From: Aulosira sp. ZfuVER01
Lineage (GTDB): Bacteria > Cyanobacteriota > Cyanobacteriia > Cyanobacteriales > Nostocaceae
Assembly: GCA_034530615.2 (NCBI GenBank)
Contig: JAVRCV020000041.1
Span: 96,001-160,000, forward strand
Length of the DNA: 64,000 nt
Reading direction: 5' to 3'
Position 1 is the stretch's first letter; each line of letters begins with the position of its first letter. Position numbers and translations under genes: made by a program. The notes below the pieces were generated by a model. The model was not told where the DNA came from and did no database searches. It saw only the letters and a list, made by a program, of their open reading frames with translations. This document shows, piece by piece, positions 8,997-18,818 of this stretch.

Positions 8997-11177
8997 ATGG
9001 GGCGATTTGAGAAGCAACCAGACAACCCGCGAGTTAGAGGCGATTTATCCAGAGCAGCCGAAAATGCTCTCTGGGCAGTTGTTGAGGACTTAGAAAATCT
9101 TCAGCAGCACGTACTGCGGTCGTTACAGGAAGAAGTAAAGCGGCTTCAGGCGGAAAAAAATCGTTTAAGTGATGATATTCAACGACTGCTTGATGAGAAA
9201 GAACAGTTACAACAGGCGCGCCAAATCACCGAGCAGCAGGTGTTAATCCGTCAGTTAGCAGAAGCTTTGGCAAAGCATATATCTTCGCAACTGCAATCCT
9301 CGTTGACGACTTTAGCTAACCAAGCAATAGAGACTAACTCCTCTGAAAAAGCAACTTTAGGCTCAGAACAGAACAATGAAAAAGTAGAAAAACTGCTTGG
9401 CTCCCTAGATGATACCCTCACCATCACCTTTACCTCACTGCAACAAGAGCTAAAGAACTATCAAAGCAATCTTTCCCAACAGTTGTCTAGGATGCAAAAT
9501 CAACAACAGCAAGGGGAAGCGATCGTAGCGGAGTTAATCAATCGGTTGCAAGATCTGGAAAAAACAATTGTAGAAACTCCACTAAAAGCCGTACAAGTAT
9601 CACCGCCTACTGTGTTGCAGTTATCTGAGCAGCCAAAAGCCAAAGTCTCACCACCCACAGTTTTGCAACTACCGCAAGAGCAACAAAACATTTCTTGGAA
9701 TTCCCCGCAGTCAGAACAGAAAAATAGCCAAGCTACCGAAGCCCTGACATTTACTCAGAGTCAAACTGCTTTACAGCCGGAGAGTTTAGCAGCACCACCA
9801 GAAGCAACTGTCACCGAACCAAGTTTTGTCATTTCTCCAGATTTGTCGGAGAGTGAATCTACACCGGAGCCTACTTTACCTTCCACGGAAGTAATATATC
9901 CACCCTTCAGGAGAAATGACCCTGAGCCAAGTTCTGTGATATCTGGGGATGCGTTCGAGAGTGAATCTACATCGGAGTCTGCTTTTCCATTACCAGAAGC
10001 TACTCCCCCACCAGTCAGGAATAATCCTGATGAGCCAAGTTCTGTCATTTCCCCAGATTTTTCGGAGAGTGAAACTACACCGGAGCCTGTTTCATCCCGC
10101 AAGCAGGGAGTAGCACCACCATCACTAAGTTTACCTAGTTCATCAAGCTTATCGTCTATTCAGATAGGTTTTGTGCTGATTGTGTTGTCAGCGGTAGTGT
10201 CATCGCTTTACAACGTAGCTATTAAGGTGATTTTTCACCAAGGTTCTGAGATTCTGGGATTAGTGGAAGTAGAGCGTTTGCTATTACCAACTTTAGGCAA
10301 TACGCTATTAATTTTAATGCTGCGGTTATTGGTGGTTGTACCGCTAATGTTGCTGTTAGCGCCGATGATGCATCCACGAGTATGGGAAGACTTACAAACA
10401 CTATTTAGCTCAGTACGTGGAAATTCTTCTGCTAGCAATAACAAGACACGAAAGATTTTGCAGTTATCGATCGCTAGCGGATGTTTTTTGTTTTTATCGC
10501 AAGTGCTGATTTACATTGCTATCAGCCAAGTCACTACTGGGATGGCGATCGCACTTTTCTTTATCTATCCAGTAATTAGCGGACTCTTGTCTTGGTTTTT
10601 ATTCCGCGATCGCCCTAGCAGATTCCGCACTGCTGCTATTGGTGGTGTTTTTTGCGGCGAGTTGCTGATATTGGGAGGTGCTACCAGCATTGCTCTTGGT
10701 AATGTTCCCCTCGGAAGTATTACAGCAATTTTGTCAGGAGTAGCTTTTGCTGTCTACGTCGTCCTCACACGCATTTGTGCTAGCAAACTGCATCCGGTTT
10801 CTTTTACTTTGATTAACTTCGCCACCATGTTGCTGTTAAGTTTGATCGGTTTGATGATACCTTTACCCAGCGACTTAGGTTTAGTTATCGACAAACCCTC
10901 TAAGTTATTGGAAATTATTTTAAGTGCTTTTATTTTGGGTGTCCTAACTCTCTTAGGCTACGTGTTCAATAATGTTGGCATTCGCAAACTAGGTGCGCCA
11001 CGTTCGGCAATTATCGGTGCAAGCGTGCCATTCTTAACTGTGATTTTTGCTGGGTTGCTGATTCAAGAAAACTTAGAGCTTGCACAAATTTTGGGAGTGG
11101 TGCTAGTAACTTTCGGTGCAGCAGCTTTTAGCTTTGACAAAGTGCGAAATCAGCTTAATTCTAATCCACCCAATTAA
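8997..11177 (+). CDS. sepJ: Septal junction protein SepJ (FraG)
   Basis: N-terminal coiled coil (MGRFEK..ALWAVVEDLENLQQ), Pro/Ser/Glu-rich linker, C-terminal DMT/EamA permease domain; upstream of hetR. Confidence 0.93.
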   Translation: MGRFEKQPDNPRVRGDLSRAAENALWAVVEDLENLQQHVLRSLQEEVKRLQAEKNRLSDDIQRLLDEKEQLQQARQITEQQVLIRQLAEALAKHISSQLQSSLTTLANQAIETNSSEKATLGSEQNNEKVEKLLGSLDDTLTITFTSLQQELKNYQSNLSQQLSRMQNQQQQGEAIVAELINRLQDLEKTIVETPLKAVQVSPPTVLQLSEQPKAKVSPPTVLQLPQEQQNISWNSPQSEQKNSQATEALTFTQSQTALQPESLAAPPEATVTEPSFVISPDLSESESTPEPTLPSTEVIYPPFRRNDPEPSSVISGDAFESESTSESAFPLPEATPPPVRNNPDEPSSVISPDFSESETTPEPVSSRKQGVAPPSLSLPSSSSLSSIQIGFVLIVLSAVVSSLYNVAIKVIFHQGSEILGLVEVERLLLPTLGNTLLILMLRLLVVVPLMLLLAPMMHPRVWEDLQTLFSSVRGNSSASNNKTRKILQLSIASGCFLFLSQVLIYIAISQVTTGMAIALFFIYPVISGLLSWFLFRDRPSRFRTAAIGGVFCGELLILGGATSIALGNVPLGSITAILSGVAFAVYVVLTRICASKLHPVSFTLINFATMLLLSLIGLMIPLPSDLGLVIDKPSKLLEIILSAFILGVLTLLGYVFNNVGIRKLGAPRSAIIGASVPFLTVIFAGLLIQENLELAQILGVVLVTFGAAAFSFDKVRNQLNSNPPN

Positions 11178-12403
11178 ATTGGTAGTAGCAGCTAACCCAC
11201 CCTACTTTAAGATACTCAACTTCTTGCAGACAGTTGTAGGGTGGCTTGCCGCAGGAAAGCGACTGGCATAGCAGAGAGCAGAGGAAAGAGAATTTTGGTT
11301 TTTTACATAGAATTATTTGTTAATATTATGACACCATTGTGTGAGGATTTGGCTCTACCAATCTTTAGCTCAACTGCGGGGCAGCCATTTATCTCTACAA
11401 AAAATATAATTATACGTTTTATAAGTATAATTATTTACTTTGATATGTTTTCTACGATCTGTGCAGCAAAACTATATATTTATTAATTATTTTTATCTAT
11501 ATTGAAATTTATTACAATCTTTATGCCCTGTATCAGTTATTGATTTTTTTGATTATAAATAGGTTTAAGCCGTTAGTGGTAAAGCCCCTGGCAAATACCT
11601 GGTACTCAATTTATTTAACAAAACATAATTGTATAACTGGTAGCATACTGTTAAAATCAAATGCTGAGTTAAATTCGGTCAGATAAAACCTAATAGTTCT
11701 ATTGGCATAGTTGGCCCTGACATTGAAAAGCAATTTCATAAAATCTTTGTTAAATTATTCTTGGTTAGTGTTGATTCTGCTAGATTTTATCAAGGTTGAA
11801 GTTATTGCCAAAATTGGCAAATTATAATTCCGTCTTGTTAGCCATTGCTCAGTCTTTCAATTTATAAATCAATCAAGCTCATAGCAGTTAAGCTATCAAA
11901 ACCTGCTAAACATGAGATGCGCTTGCCGTCTTCACCTTTTAAGAAAATAATTGCTGCCGAAATTGTTTGTTTCAGCAATTACAGAGAATCTCACGTTAGT
12001 GAAGTACACAATATAGGCCTTTAAGTCAAATAGAAAGCCTGTTTTACTTCTAAATTCTGAATTCTGCTGTAATTATTTCCAACGAAAAAACTTTGGTATT
12101 AAATAATGCCATTAGTTATCCTTATATCCTTAAAATTCAACCAAAATCTAAATTTTGTTGCGTCTTAATTCATCAAGTGCAATTCATTGACTTATTTGGG
12201 TGAGAAAATTATTGATCTATGGGAAGTTTACGAATGCAACCTTGGCATTGTTACAAATCTTAGCCTCCCAAACCGATATTTTCCTTCTTTGATAGATACC
12301 TGAGCTTGTAGGTGCAGAAGACTGGTTGGTAAATCATTGCAGCCCTTAATCTAGTCCTTTTTTACCTCACTATCAAGTGCGCGCTTCTTTAAAGGAGGCT
12401 TTA

Positions 12404-12769
12404 ATGAAACATATTTTAGTTGTAGATGATTCGGCAACAATGCGGCGGATGGTGATGGCATCGCTGCGAGATTTAACAGATGTGAGTTTTACCCAAGCCA
12501 GTAACGGTTTAGAAGCGATTGAATCCTTGGTAATCGCACCAGTGGATTTGATGATTTTGGACTTAAATATGCCGGAAATGCACGGACTGGAAGTATTACA
12601 GTTTGTGCGCGCACATCAAAACTATGACAAAATTCCCATCATTGTTTTAACTACCAGAGGCGATGAAGCAAGCCGTACCGCAGCGCTGAATGCTGGTGCG
12701 TCGCGCTATTTAACAAAACCATTTGAACCTCAGACATTTGTTGTTGAGGCACAGGATTTATTGAATTAA
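12404..12769 (+). CDS. cheY: CheY-like single-domain response regulator
   Basis: ILVVDDS, DLNMP, T and KP receiver motifs; AAGGAGG RBS before ATG 12404. Confidence 0.85.
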   Translation: MKHILVVDDSATMRRMVMASLRDLTDVSFTQASNGLEAIESLVIAPVDLMILDLNMPEMHGLEVLQFVRAHQNYDKIPIIVLTTRGDEASRTAALNAGASRYLTKPFEPQTFVVEAQDLLN

Positions 12770-12785
12770 ATATCGAGAAAATTAC

Positions 12786-14948
12786 GTGTCTACTACTGAT
12801 ACAGAAACCAACAATTTATTCGTTGAATTTCTTGACGATTATTTTGCCGAATCAGAAGAACACCTAGCGGTTATACGCCAAAATTTACTGACGCTGGAGG
12901 CGTTTGTAGATCGATCGAGTATTGAGCGATCGCTAGTTGACGAACTTTTCCGCAGTTTTCACACACTTAAAGGTCTGTCAGGCATGGTTGGCCTCAAAGA
13001 GGCAGAGCAACTTGCACACCAAATGGAAAGTTATCTACGGGAACTGCGCGACAACCAAGTAGTTCTCACAGCACAGGGAATGGATGCCCTGATCGGTGGC
13101 ACCAAAATGTTGGATCTGACGATCGCCAACCACCGTACCCATAATCCACTGCCTGATATCGCGCCTGCGATCGCTAAATTAACAGCTGTGTTTACCGATG
13201 ATTCTTCCCCAACAGGGGATGGAAATGAAGAGATAGGGAAACAGGGAAATGGGGTTGTACAAGAGGCAAAGACAACCAGATGCGAAGCCGATCAAATTTC
13301 CCCTGCTGTGCCACTGCTGAAACTTAAACCAGAAGAAAGCGCGCAGATTGCTGCCGCCCTTGCTAGCGGCAAACAGGCTTGGTGCTTTACCTTCATGCCT
13401 AACGCTGCACTCGCCCAACGCGGAATCAACGTCAACAACTTGCGCCAACGCTTACAATCAATTGGTGAACTAATTCACGCCTCGCCACGAATGACTGCAA
13501 CTGGCGGTGTTGTGTTTGATTTTGTCGTCGCTACCCAGACAGATCCAGAGACATTTGCTAGCTGGCATGAAGACGGACTGAGCTTTACGCCCTATTTGGA
13601 AGAAGCAAGAGAGCAGGAAGCAGGTGAGGAACAAGAAAAAATACCAGCAGAACTTCCTCCATCTGTTGTCAGTCTCCCTATTTCCCCATCAGCCTCTTCT
13701 CCCGTTACCCCTGCTACTGCATCGTCAAATTTTGTGCGTGTGGATTTAGCACGTTTGGATGAATTGATGCGGATGGTGGGCGAACTGGTAATTAGCCGCG
13801 CTCGCTTGGAAGATAACCTGAACCGCTTACCCAATACCGTTCCTGCGCTGCAATTACGTACCTTGAGAGAAACTAACTTAATGCTTGAACGCCAGTTGCG
13901 TGAGTTGCGCGAAGGCGTGATGCGAGTGCGTTTAGTACAGATTGGCGAAATTTTCGCACGAATGCAATTTGTCATCCGTGACATAGCACGAGAAAGTCAA
14001 AAGCAGATTGCCCTCGAACTCAGCGGTCAAGATACGGAAATTGATAAATTTGTAGTTGAGCGGATGATGGAACCGCTTTTGCATCTGGTACGTAACGCCG
14101 TCAGTCATGGCTTGGAATCTGAAACTGAGCGGATAGCACGGGGTAAATCACCAGCCGGAACGATCGCCTTGCGCGCTTCCACCGCCGGAGAAATGGTGGT
14201 GATTGAAATTGAAGATGATGGGCGTGGCGTTGACTTAGAAAAAGTAGTTCAGCGTGCGCGATCGCTAGGGTTAATTGGCTCTGAAGTCCAACCCGACGCG
14301 GCTACTGTGCTGGATATCATCTGCTCATCTGGCTTTTCCACCCGCGAAGAAGCTGATTTAACGAGTGGACGCGGCGTGGGTATGGCAGTCGTGAAAAATA
14401 CGGTGCAAGAACTGGGTGGCTTTTTGACGCTCGATACCCAAGTTGGCATCGGTACACGTTTTAGAATTCAACTGCCACTGACTTTGGCGATCGCAGATGC
14501 GCTGATTGTCTCTGTCGGCGGGCAAACTTTTGCCGTACCACAATCTTCGGTGCGTGAGGTTTTGGAAATACAACCCAACGCGATCGCCAAGTTGGAAAAC
14601 AACGAAATTTTTTCCTACCGGGGCAGTGTATTACCACTGGTTCGCCTTGCTGGCTGCTTTGGGTTAGCTGAATCTCAAACAACAGGAAATTACCGTTGTT
14701 GGCACGCGATTGTAGTTGGTAACGGCTTAAATGCCGTAGCTATCTTGGTAGATCGCATTGTTGGGCAGCAAGAAATTGTCGTGCGTCCCCTAACAGATCC
14801 CCTAGTTCAAGTCATGGGCATTGCTGGTGCAACTGAACTCGGTGATGGGCGCGTAGTTTTGATTCTTGATACATCTGCTTTATTACAAGTTGCCAGGTTA
14901 GCAAGTTTGAAAGTTGGCAAGTTGAAGAGTTTAAAAGCGGTTAATTAG
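12786..14948 (+). CDS. cheA: Chemotaxis histidine kinase CheA
   Basis: HPt LFRSFHTLKG, dimerisation VRVDLARLDELM, HLVRNAVSHG, DDGRG, SGRGVGM, C-terminal CheW domain; no receiver domain. Confidence 0.95.
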   Translation: MSTTDTETNNLFVEFLDDYFAESEEHLAVIRQNLLTLEAFVDRSSIERSLVDELFRSFHTLKGLSGMVGLKEAEQLAHQMESYLRELRDNQVVLTAQGMDALIGGTKMLDLTIANHRTHNPLPDIAPAIAKLTAVFTDDSSPTGDGNEEIGKQGNGVVQEAKTTRCEADQISPAVPLLKLKPEESAQIAAALASGKQAWCFTFMPNAALAQRGINVNNLRQRLQSIGELIHASPRMTATGGVVFDFVVATQTDPETFASWHEDGLSFTPYLEEAREQEAGEEQEKIPAELPPSVVSLPISPSASSPVTPATASSNFVRVDLARLDELMRMVGELVISRARLEDNLNRLPNTVPALQLRTLRETNLMLERQLRELREGVMRVRLVQIGEIFARMQFVIRDIARESQKQIALELSGQDTEIDKFVVERMMEPLLHLVRNAVSHGLESETERIARGKSPAGTIALRASTAGEMVVIEIEDDGRGVDLEKVVQRARSLGLIGSEVQPDAATVLDIICSSGFSTREEADLTSGRGVGMAVVKNTVQELGGFLTLDTQVGIGTRFRIQLPLTLAIADALIVSVGGQTFAVPQSSVREVLEIQPNAIAKLENNEIFSYRGSVLPLVRLAGCFGLAESQTTGNYRCWHAIVVGNGLNAVAILVDRIVGQQEIVVRPLTDPLVQVMGIAGATELGDGRVVLILDTSALLQVARLASLKVGKLKSLKAVN

Positions 14949-14977
14949 ATCGGTATTAAAAATTGTCGCGATCGCAA

Positions 14978-15199
14978 GGCAGAGGGCAGATGGCAGAGGG
15001 CAGAGGGCAGAAGAAAAAGCAGGGGACAAAGGGGACAAGAGAGACAAGGGAGACAAGGGAGACAAGGGAGACAAGGAAGCAGGGGAGGAAAGAATAACTA
15101 TTGCCCAATGCCCAATGCCCAATGCCCAATGCCCAATGCCCAATGCCCAATAACAAATGACTAATGACTAATGACTAATGACTAATGACTAATGACAAA
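14978..15199 (+). repeat. Compound short tandem repeat (STRR) array between cheA and cheW
   Basis: (GGCAGAG)n, (GGGAGACAA)n, (TGCCCAA)x7 at 15102-15150 and (TGACTAA)x5 at 15158-15192 in one heptamer phase. Confidence 0.9.
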
Positions 15200-15213
15200 T
15201 AAGGAATTTCATC

Positions 15214-15705
15214 ATGTCAGATTCGCAAACAATTTCTGAACCTTTTATTCTTTTTGAGCTTGCAGGCACAATCTACGCCATGCCTACGAAGGTCGTTCAA
15301 CAGATGGAAATGGTTGAACGGATCACGCCAGTACCAAATGCAGCACCTTTTGTTGAAGGTGTAGTATTTTCTCGCGGTAAGGTGATCCCCGCAATCAATC
15401 TGCGCTCACGATTCGGGTTTGAGAAAATTCCCTACGACGCACGCACGCGCTTGATTGTCATTCACACTAGTAACCGCACAGTTGGCTTAATTGCTGATAC
15501 TGCCAGAGAATTTGTTTCGATTCCGAAGAGCGCCATCCAACCACCACCGGAAGGAATTAGCGGATTAAGTGGCAAGTATTTGTCAAGTATTGCGAATTTA
15601 GGCGATGCCTCCAGCGGGCAAAGCCAACGCATGGTGTTGATTCTCAATCCTGACGAAGTGCTGAATATGACCAGCACTATCTCACCTGTAGCAGTAGGAA
15701 ATTAA
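15214..15705 (+). CDS. cheW: CheW adaptor protein
   Basis: ITPVPNAAPFVEGV..RGKVIPAINLRSRF, VGLIAD. Confidence 0.92.
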   Translation: MSDSQTISEPFILFELAGTIYAMPTKVVQQMEMVERITPVPNAAPFVEGVVFSRGKVIPAINLRSRFGFEKIPYDARTRLIVIHTSNRTVGLIADTAREFVSIPKSAIQPPPEGISGLSGKYLSSIANLGDASSGQSQRMVLILNPDEVLNMTSTISPVAVGN

Positions 15706-15792
15706 TTATTTAAAAATGTATTTCCGTTTTTAGTTTTTAATTTCATTTTTTCATAGTTCATTGATTGAAACTTTGTTAAATAGGAAAATCTC

Positions 15793-17919
15793 ATGGCAAA
15801 AAAATTTCGCAATTCTAATGGTCATACTGCTAACGGTAATCACAATAATTCTCACGATAGAGACACAATAGTTCGCGATTCTCGAGCTTTTGAAATCACT
15901 CGCGTTCGCGACCAAGCAGAACAAGTCAGCCATGCCGCCGATCAAATTTCGCGGACGATGGATCAAATTTCCTTGGGTGCAGACTCACAGTTGCGATCGC
16001 TCGATGAAACTGTCAGTGGCACCAACCAAATGGTGGTATCCCTCAAAGAAACTGCTAATCAAGCCGAATCAATTGCAGGTTCTACCGAAGAACTCATTTC
16101 ATCAATTAATGAAATGGCAGCTTCCATCGAACAAATTACCGCTACTACAGTTGATACCGCCGCAGCCGTTAATCAAACAGCCAGTTCCATCCAAGAAACA
16201 ACCAATTCAATTCGCTCTGTTGCCGATACTGCCCAAGAAATGTCAACTTCGGCTTCCCAAGTCTCTGCCTCAATGACCGAAGTCTCTGCCTCGGTGAAAA
16301 GCGTCAGTCGAGATACAGAAGTACTTGCCACCTCAATCACCGAAACTGCCGCTTCCATCGAAGAAATGTCCCGTTCAATTCAAGGTGTAGCGCAGAATGC
16401 TACCGATTTGACTATATCTGCCGAAACGACTACTAGTTCAATCAACGAAATGGCAGCTTCCATTGAGCAAGTCTCGGCAACCACAGAAAACTTAGCGGGG
16501 ACGGTAGAAGAAGTCTCTACTTCCATCGAAGAAATAGCGCGATCGGTCGAGGGAGTAGCACAAAACGCTGCCCAAATCACCGAAGTGGCAACAGGCGCTG
16601 CTACCAGTGCGATACAACTCGATCGCTCGATCCGTTCAGTCACAAATCTCACCAAACAAGCCGATGAAATCACCAAACGGGTAGCGCGGAATGCTGAAGT
16701 TGGCGGGGTGACGGTAGAAAAATCAATTCAAGGTTTGAATCGCGTGCGTGACTCAATAGTGCAATCCGCTGACGTTATCCGAGATATGGGCAAGCGCACC
16801 CACGAAATCAGCAGCATTGTCGATACGATTAATTTGATTGCCGAACGCACGAATTTACTGTCGTTAAATGCCTCGATTGAAGCCGCACGCGCTGGGGATG
16901 CAGGGCGAGGTTTTGCCGTCGTTGCGGAGGAAATCCGCAACCTTGCCGAACGTGCCGCTCAAGCAACCACAGACATCGGCACGATCATTAAAGGGCTGCA
17001 AGATGTAGTGCAAGAAGCCGTCACTAAGTCGAACGATGGATTGCGGGTTGCTGACGAAAGCAGTCGCCTGGCTGAAAATGGCGTGAACGGTTTAAAGACA
17101 ATCCTCAAAGGAGTGGAAGAAACCACAGAAGTAGTGCGTCAAATTAGCCATGCTGCTGACGAACAAGTACTGGCGGGACAGACTGTGGTGAATGCAATCA
17201 ACACTACGGCAATGCAAGCCAAAGAAGTGGCGATCGCTACTTCTGAACAAGCCAAAACAACCCAAGGCATTGTTAAGTCCACAACACAAATGCGTAAAAT
17301 TGCCCAGCAAGTTTCCCAGGCAATGAACGAACAAGGACGAGCAGCACGGGACATTATCAAAGCAGCGCAAAATACCACTACCTTGGCAATGCAAGTCAGC
17401 AAAGCCACCTCAGAACAAGCTAAGGGCGCGAATCAAGCCGTGCAAGCAGTAGAATCTATGCGGCGTGGTGCAGCAAACACAACCCGCGCCATCGCTGAAC
17501 AATCCACTGCTAGCGACCAAGTTGCCAAAGAAGCTGAACGCCTAGCACGCCTGATTGCCAACGTCACCAAGGCTATGAACGAACAAGCCACCGCTGCCAC
17601 ACAAATTACAACGGCAGTAGACAATTTGCGACGACAATCCGATCAAACTGCCAAAGCAATGAACGAACAAACACGCGCCGTTAAAGATATGACCTTTGGC
17701 GCACAAAACATTTCAAAACAGATTGGCATGATTACCCGCGCCAATCGAGACCATTCCAATGCCTCAGCCGGAATTCTCAACTCTCTGGCAAATATTCGGC
17801 AAATTAGCGATCGCAATTTCCAAGGAGTCAAAGAAACTCAACGCGCTACTGCTAGTTTGCTAGAACGCTCTCAAGCTCTAGGCGAAATCATGGATCGCAT
17901 GAGTAGAAACGGTAATTAA
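15793..17919 (+). CDS. Soluble methyl-accepting chemotaxis protein with very long coiled-coil hairpin
   Basis: IAERTNLLSLNASIEAARAGDAGRGFAVVAEEIR signalling tip near the protein centre; no TM segment or recognisable sensor domain. Confidence 0.93.
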   Translation: MAKKFRNSNGHTANGNHNNSHDRDTIVRDSRAFEITRVRDQAEQVSHAADQISRTMDQISLGADSQLRSLDETVSGTNQMVVSLKETANQAESIAGSTEELISSINEMAASIEQITATTVDTAAAVNQTASSIQETTNSIRSVADTAQEMSTSASQVSASMTEVSASVKSVSRDTEVLATSITETAASIEEMSRSIQGVAQNATDLTISAETTTSSINEMAASIEQVSATTENLAGTVEEVSTSIEEIARSVEGVAQNAAQITEVATGAATSAIQLDRSIRSVTNLTKQADEITKRVARNAEVGGVTVEKSIQGLNRVRDSIVQSADVIRDMGKRTHEISSIVDTINLIAERTNLLSLNASIEAARAGDAGRGFAVVAEEIRNLAERAAQATTDIGTIIKGLQDVVQEAVTKSNDGLRVADESSRLAENGVNGLKTILKGVEETTEVVRQISHAADEQVLAGQTVVNAINTTAMQAKEVAIATSEQAKTTQGIVKSTTQMRKIAQQVSQAMNEQGRAARDIIKAAQNTTTLAMQVSKATSEQAKGANQAVQAVESMRRGAANTTRAIAEQSTASDQVAKEAERLARLIANVTKAMNEQATAATQITTAVDNLRRQSDQTAKAMNEQTRAVKDMTFGAQNISKQIGMITRANRDHSNASAGILNSLANIRQISDRNFQGVKETQRATASLLERSQALGEIMDRMSRNGN

Positions 17920-18033
17920 TTGCACAAGGCAGTCCCAATGCCCCTATGAGTGCTGAGTAGTTTACTTCTTGACTCAAAACTCAGTACTCGGAACTCGGAA
18001 CTGTTTTGCCCAATCCCCCATCCCCAATGACAA

Positions 18034-18666
18034 ATGACAACTGACCATACATTAGATATTGCCATTCAACTTGCCAGCCCTGATGAAGAAATACGACTGC
18101 GAGCTGCTCAAACACTAGCTACAGCTGAAGTGAACGACGCTGAACAAATGCTTGTAAGTGCCTTGGGCGATGCTAGCTGGCAAGTGCGAAGGGCGGTAGT
18201 AAATAGTTTGATTCAGCGCCAAGGGACATCTACTGGCACATTGCTATTGCGATCGCTCCGCCAACATCACCACAACCCCAGTATCTTAAATGGTGTGTTA
18301 CAGGTGTTAAACCACTACCATATAGACACTGTTCCAGCGCTGATTGAATGTCTCAAAGATGCCGATGTGGATTTGCGGATCTATGCAGCACAAGCATTGG
18401 GAGGACAGCACGACAACCGCGCCATCCTCGCCCTCATCTGTGCTCTAGAGGATAGCAACATAAATGTGCGCTATCACGCGATTGATGCTTTAGGGCATCT
18501 ACAGGCAGATGAAGCAGTGGCAGCAATGTTAAAGATTGCCAAATCAGGGGATTGCTTTTTAGCGTTTGCGGCTCTTGATACCCTCAAGCGCATCGGAGAT
18601 CGCACAAAGATACCTCTGCTGGAAGATGAAATCTTCCATACCAGCGCTGCTAATACCCTTAGTTAA
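18034..18666 (+). CDS. HEAT-repeat (PBS lyase-like) protein
   Basis: Repeated L..D.D..VR..A..ALG units. Confidence 0.85.
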   Translation: MTTDHTLDIAIQLASPDEEIRLRAAQTLATAEVNDAEQMLVSALGDASWQVRRAVVNSLIQRQGTSTGTLLLRSLRQHHHNPSILNGVLQVLNHYHIDTVPALIECLKDADVDLRIYAAQALGGQHDNRAILALICALEDSNINVRYHAIDALGHLQADEAVAAMLKIAKSGDCFLAFAALDTLKRIGDRTKIPLLEDEIFHTSAANTLS

Positions 18667-18818
18667 TTGAGAGATCCAAAATAGGAAGTTAAAAAAACAA
18701 CAAACAAATCTTTAGATTTATAGCAGTTGCCGCTTCTCTCTAAATTTATTTATGGGGATTCCCCTTCTGCCTCCTACCTCCTGCCTCCTGCCTTCTTAAT
18801 TTTTAGAGTGAGTTAGTA

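Noticed and set aside
14931..15156. ORFs with IGHWALG / LSP repeats
   Set aside because: Translations of heptamer and nonamer STRR arrays, not genes
14978..15199. Possible CRISPR array
   Set aside because: Tandem 7-9 bp units without unique spacers; no cas genes in the window
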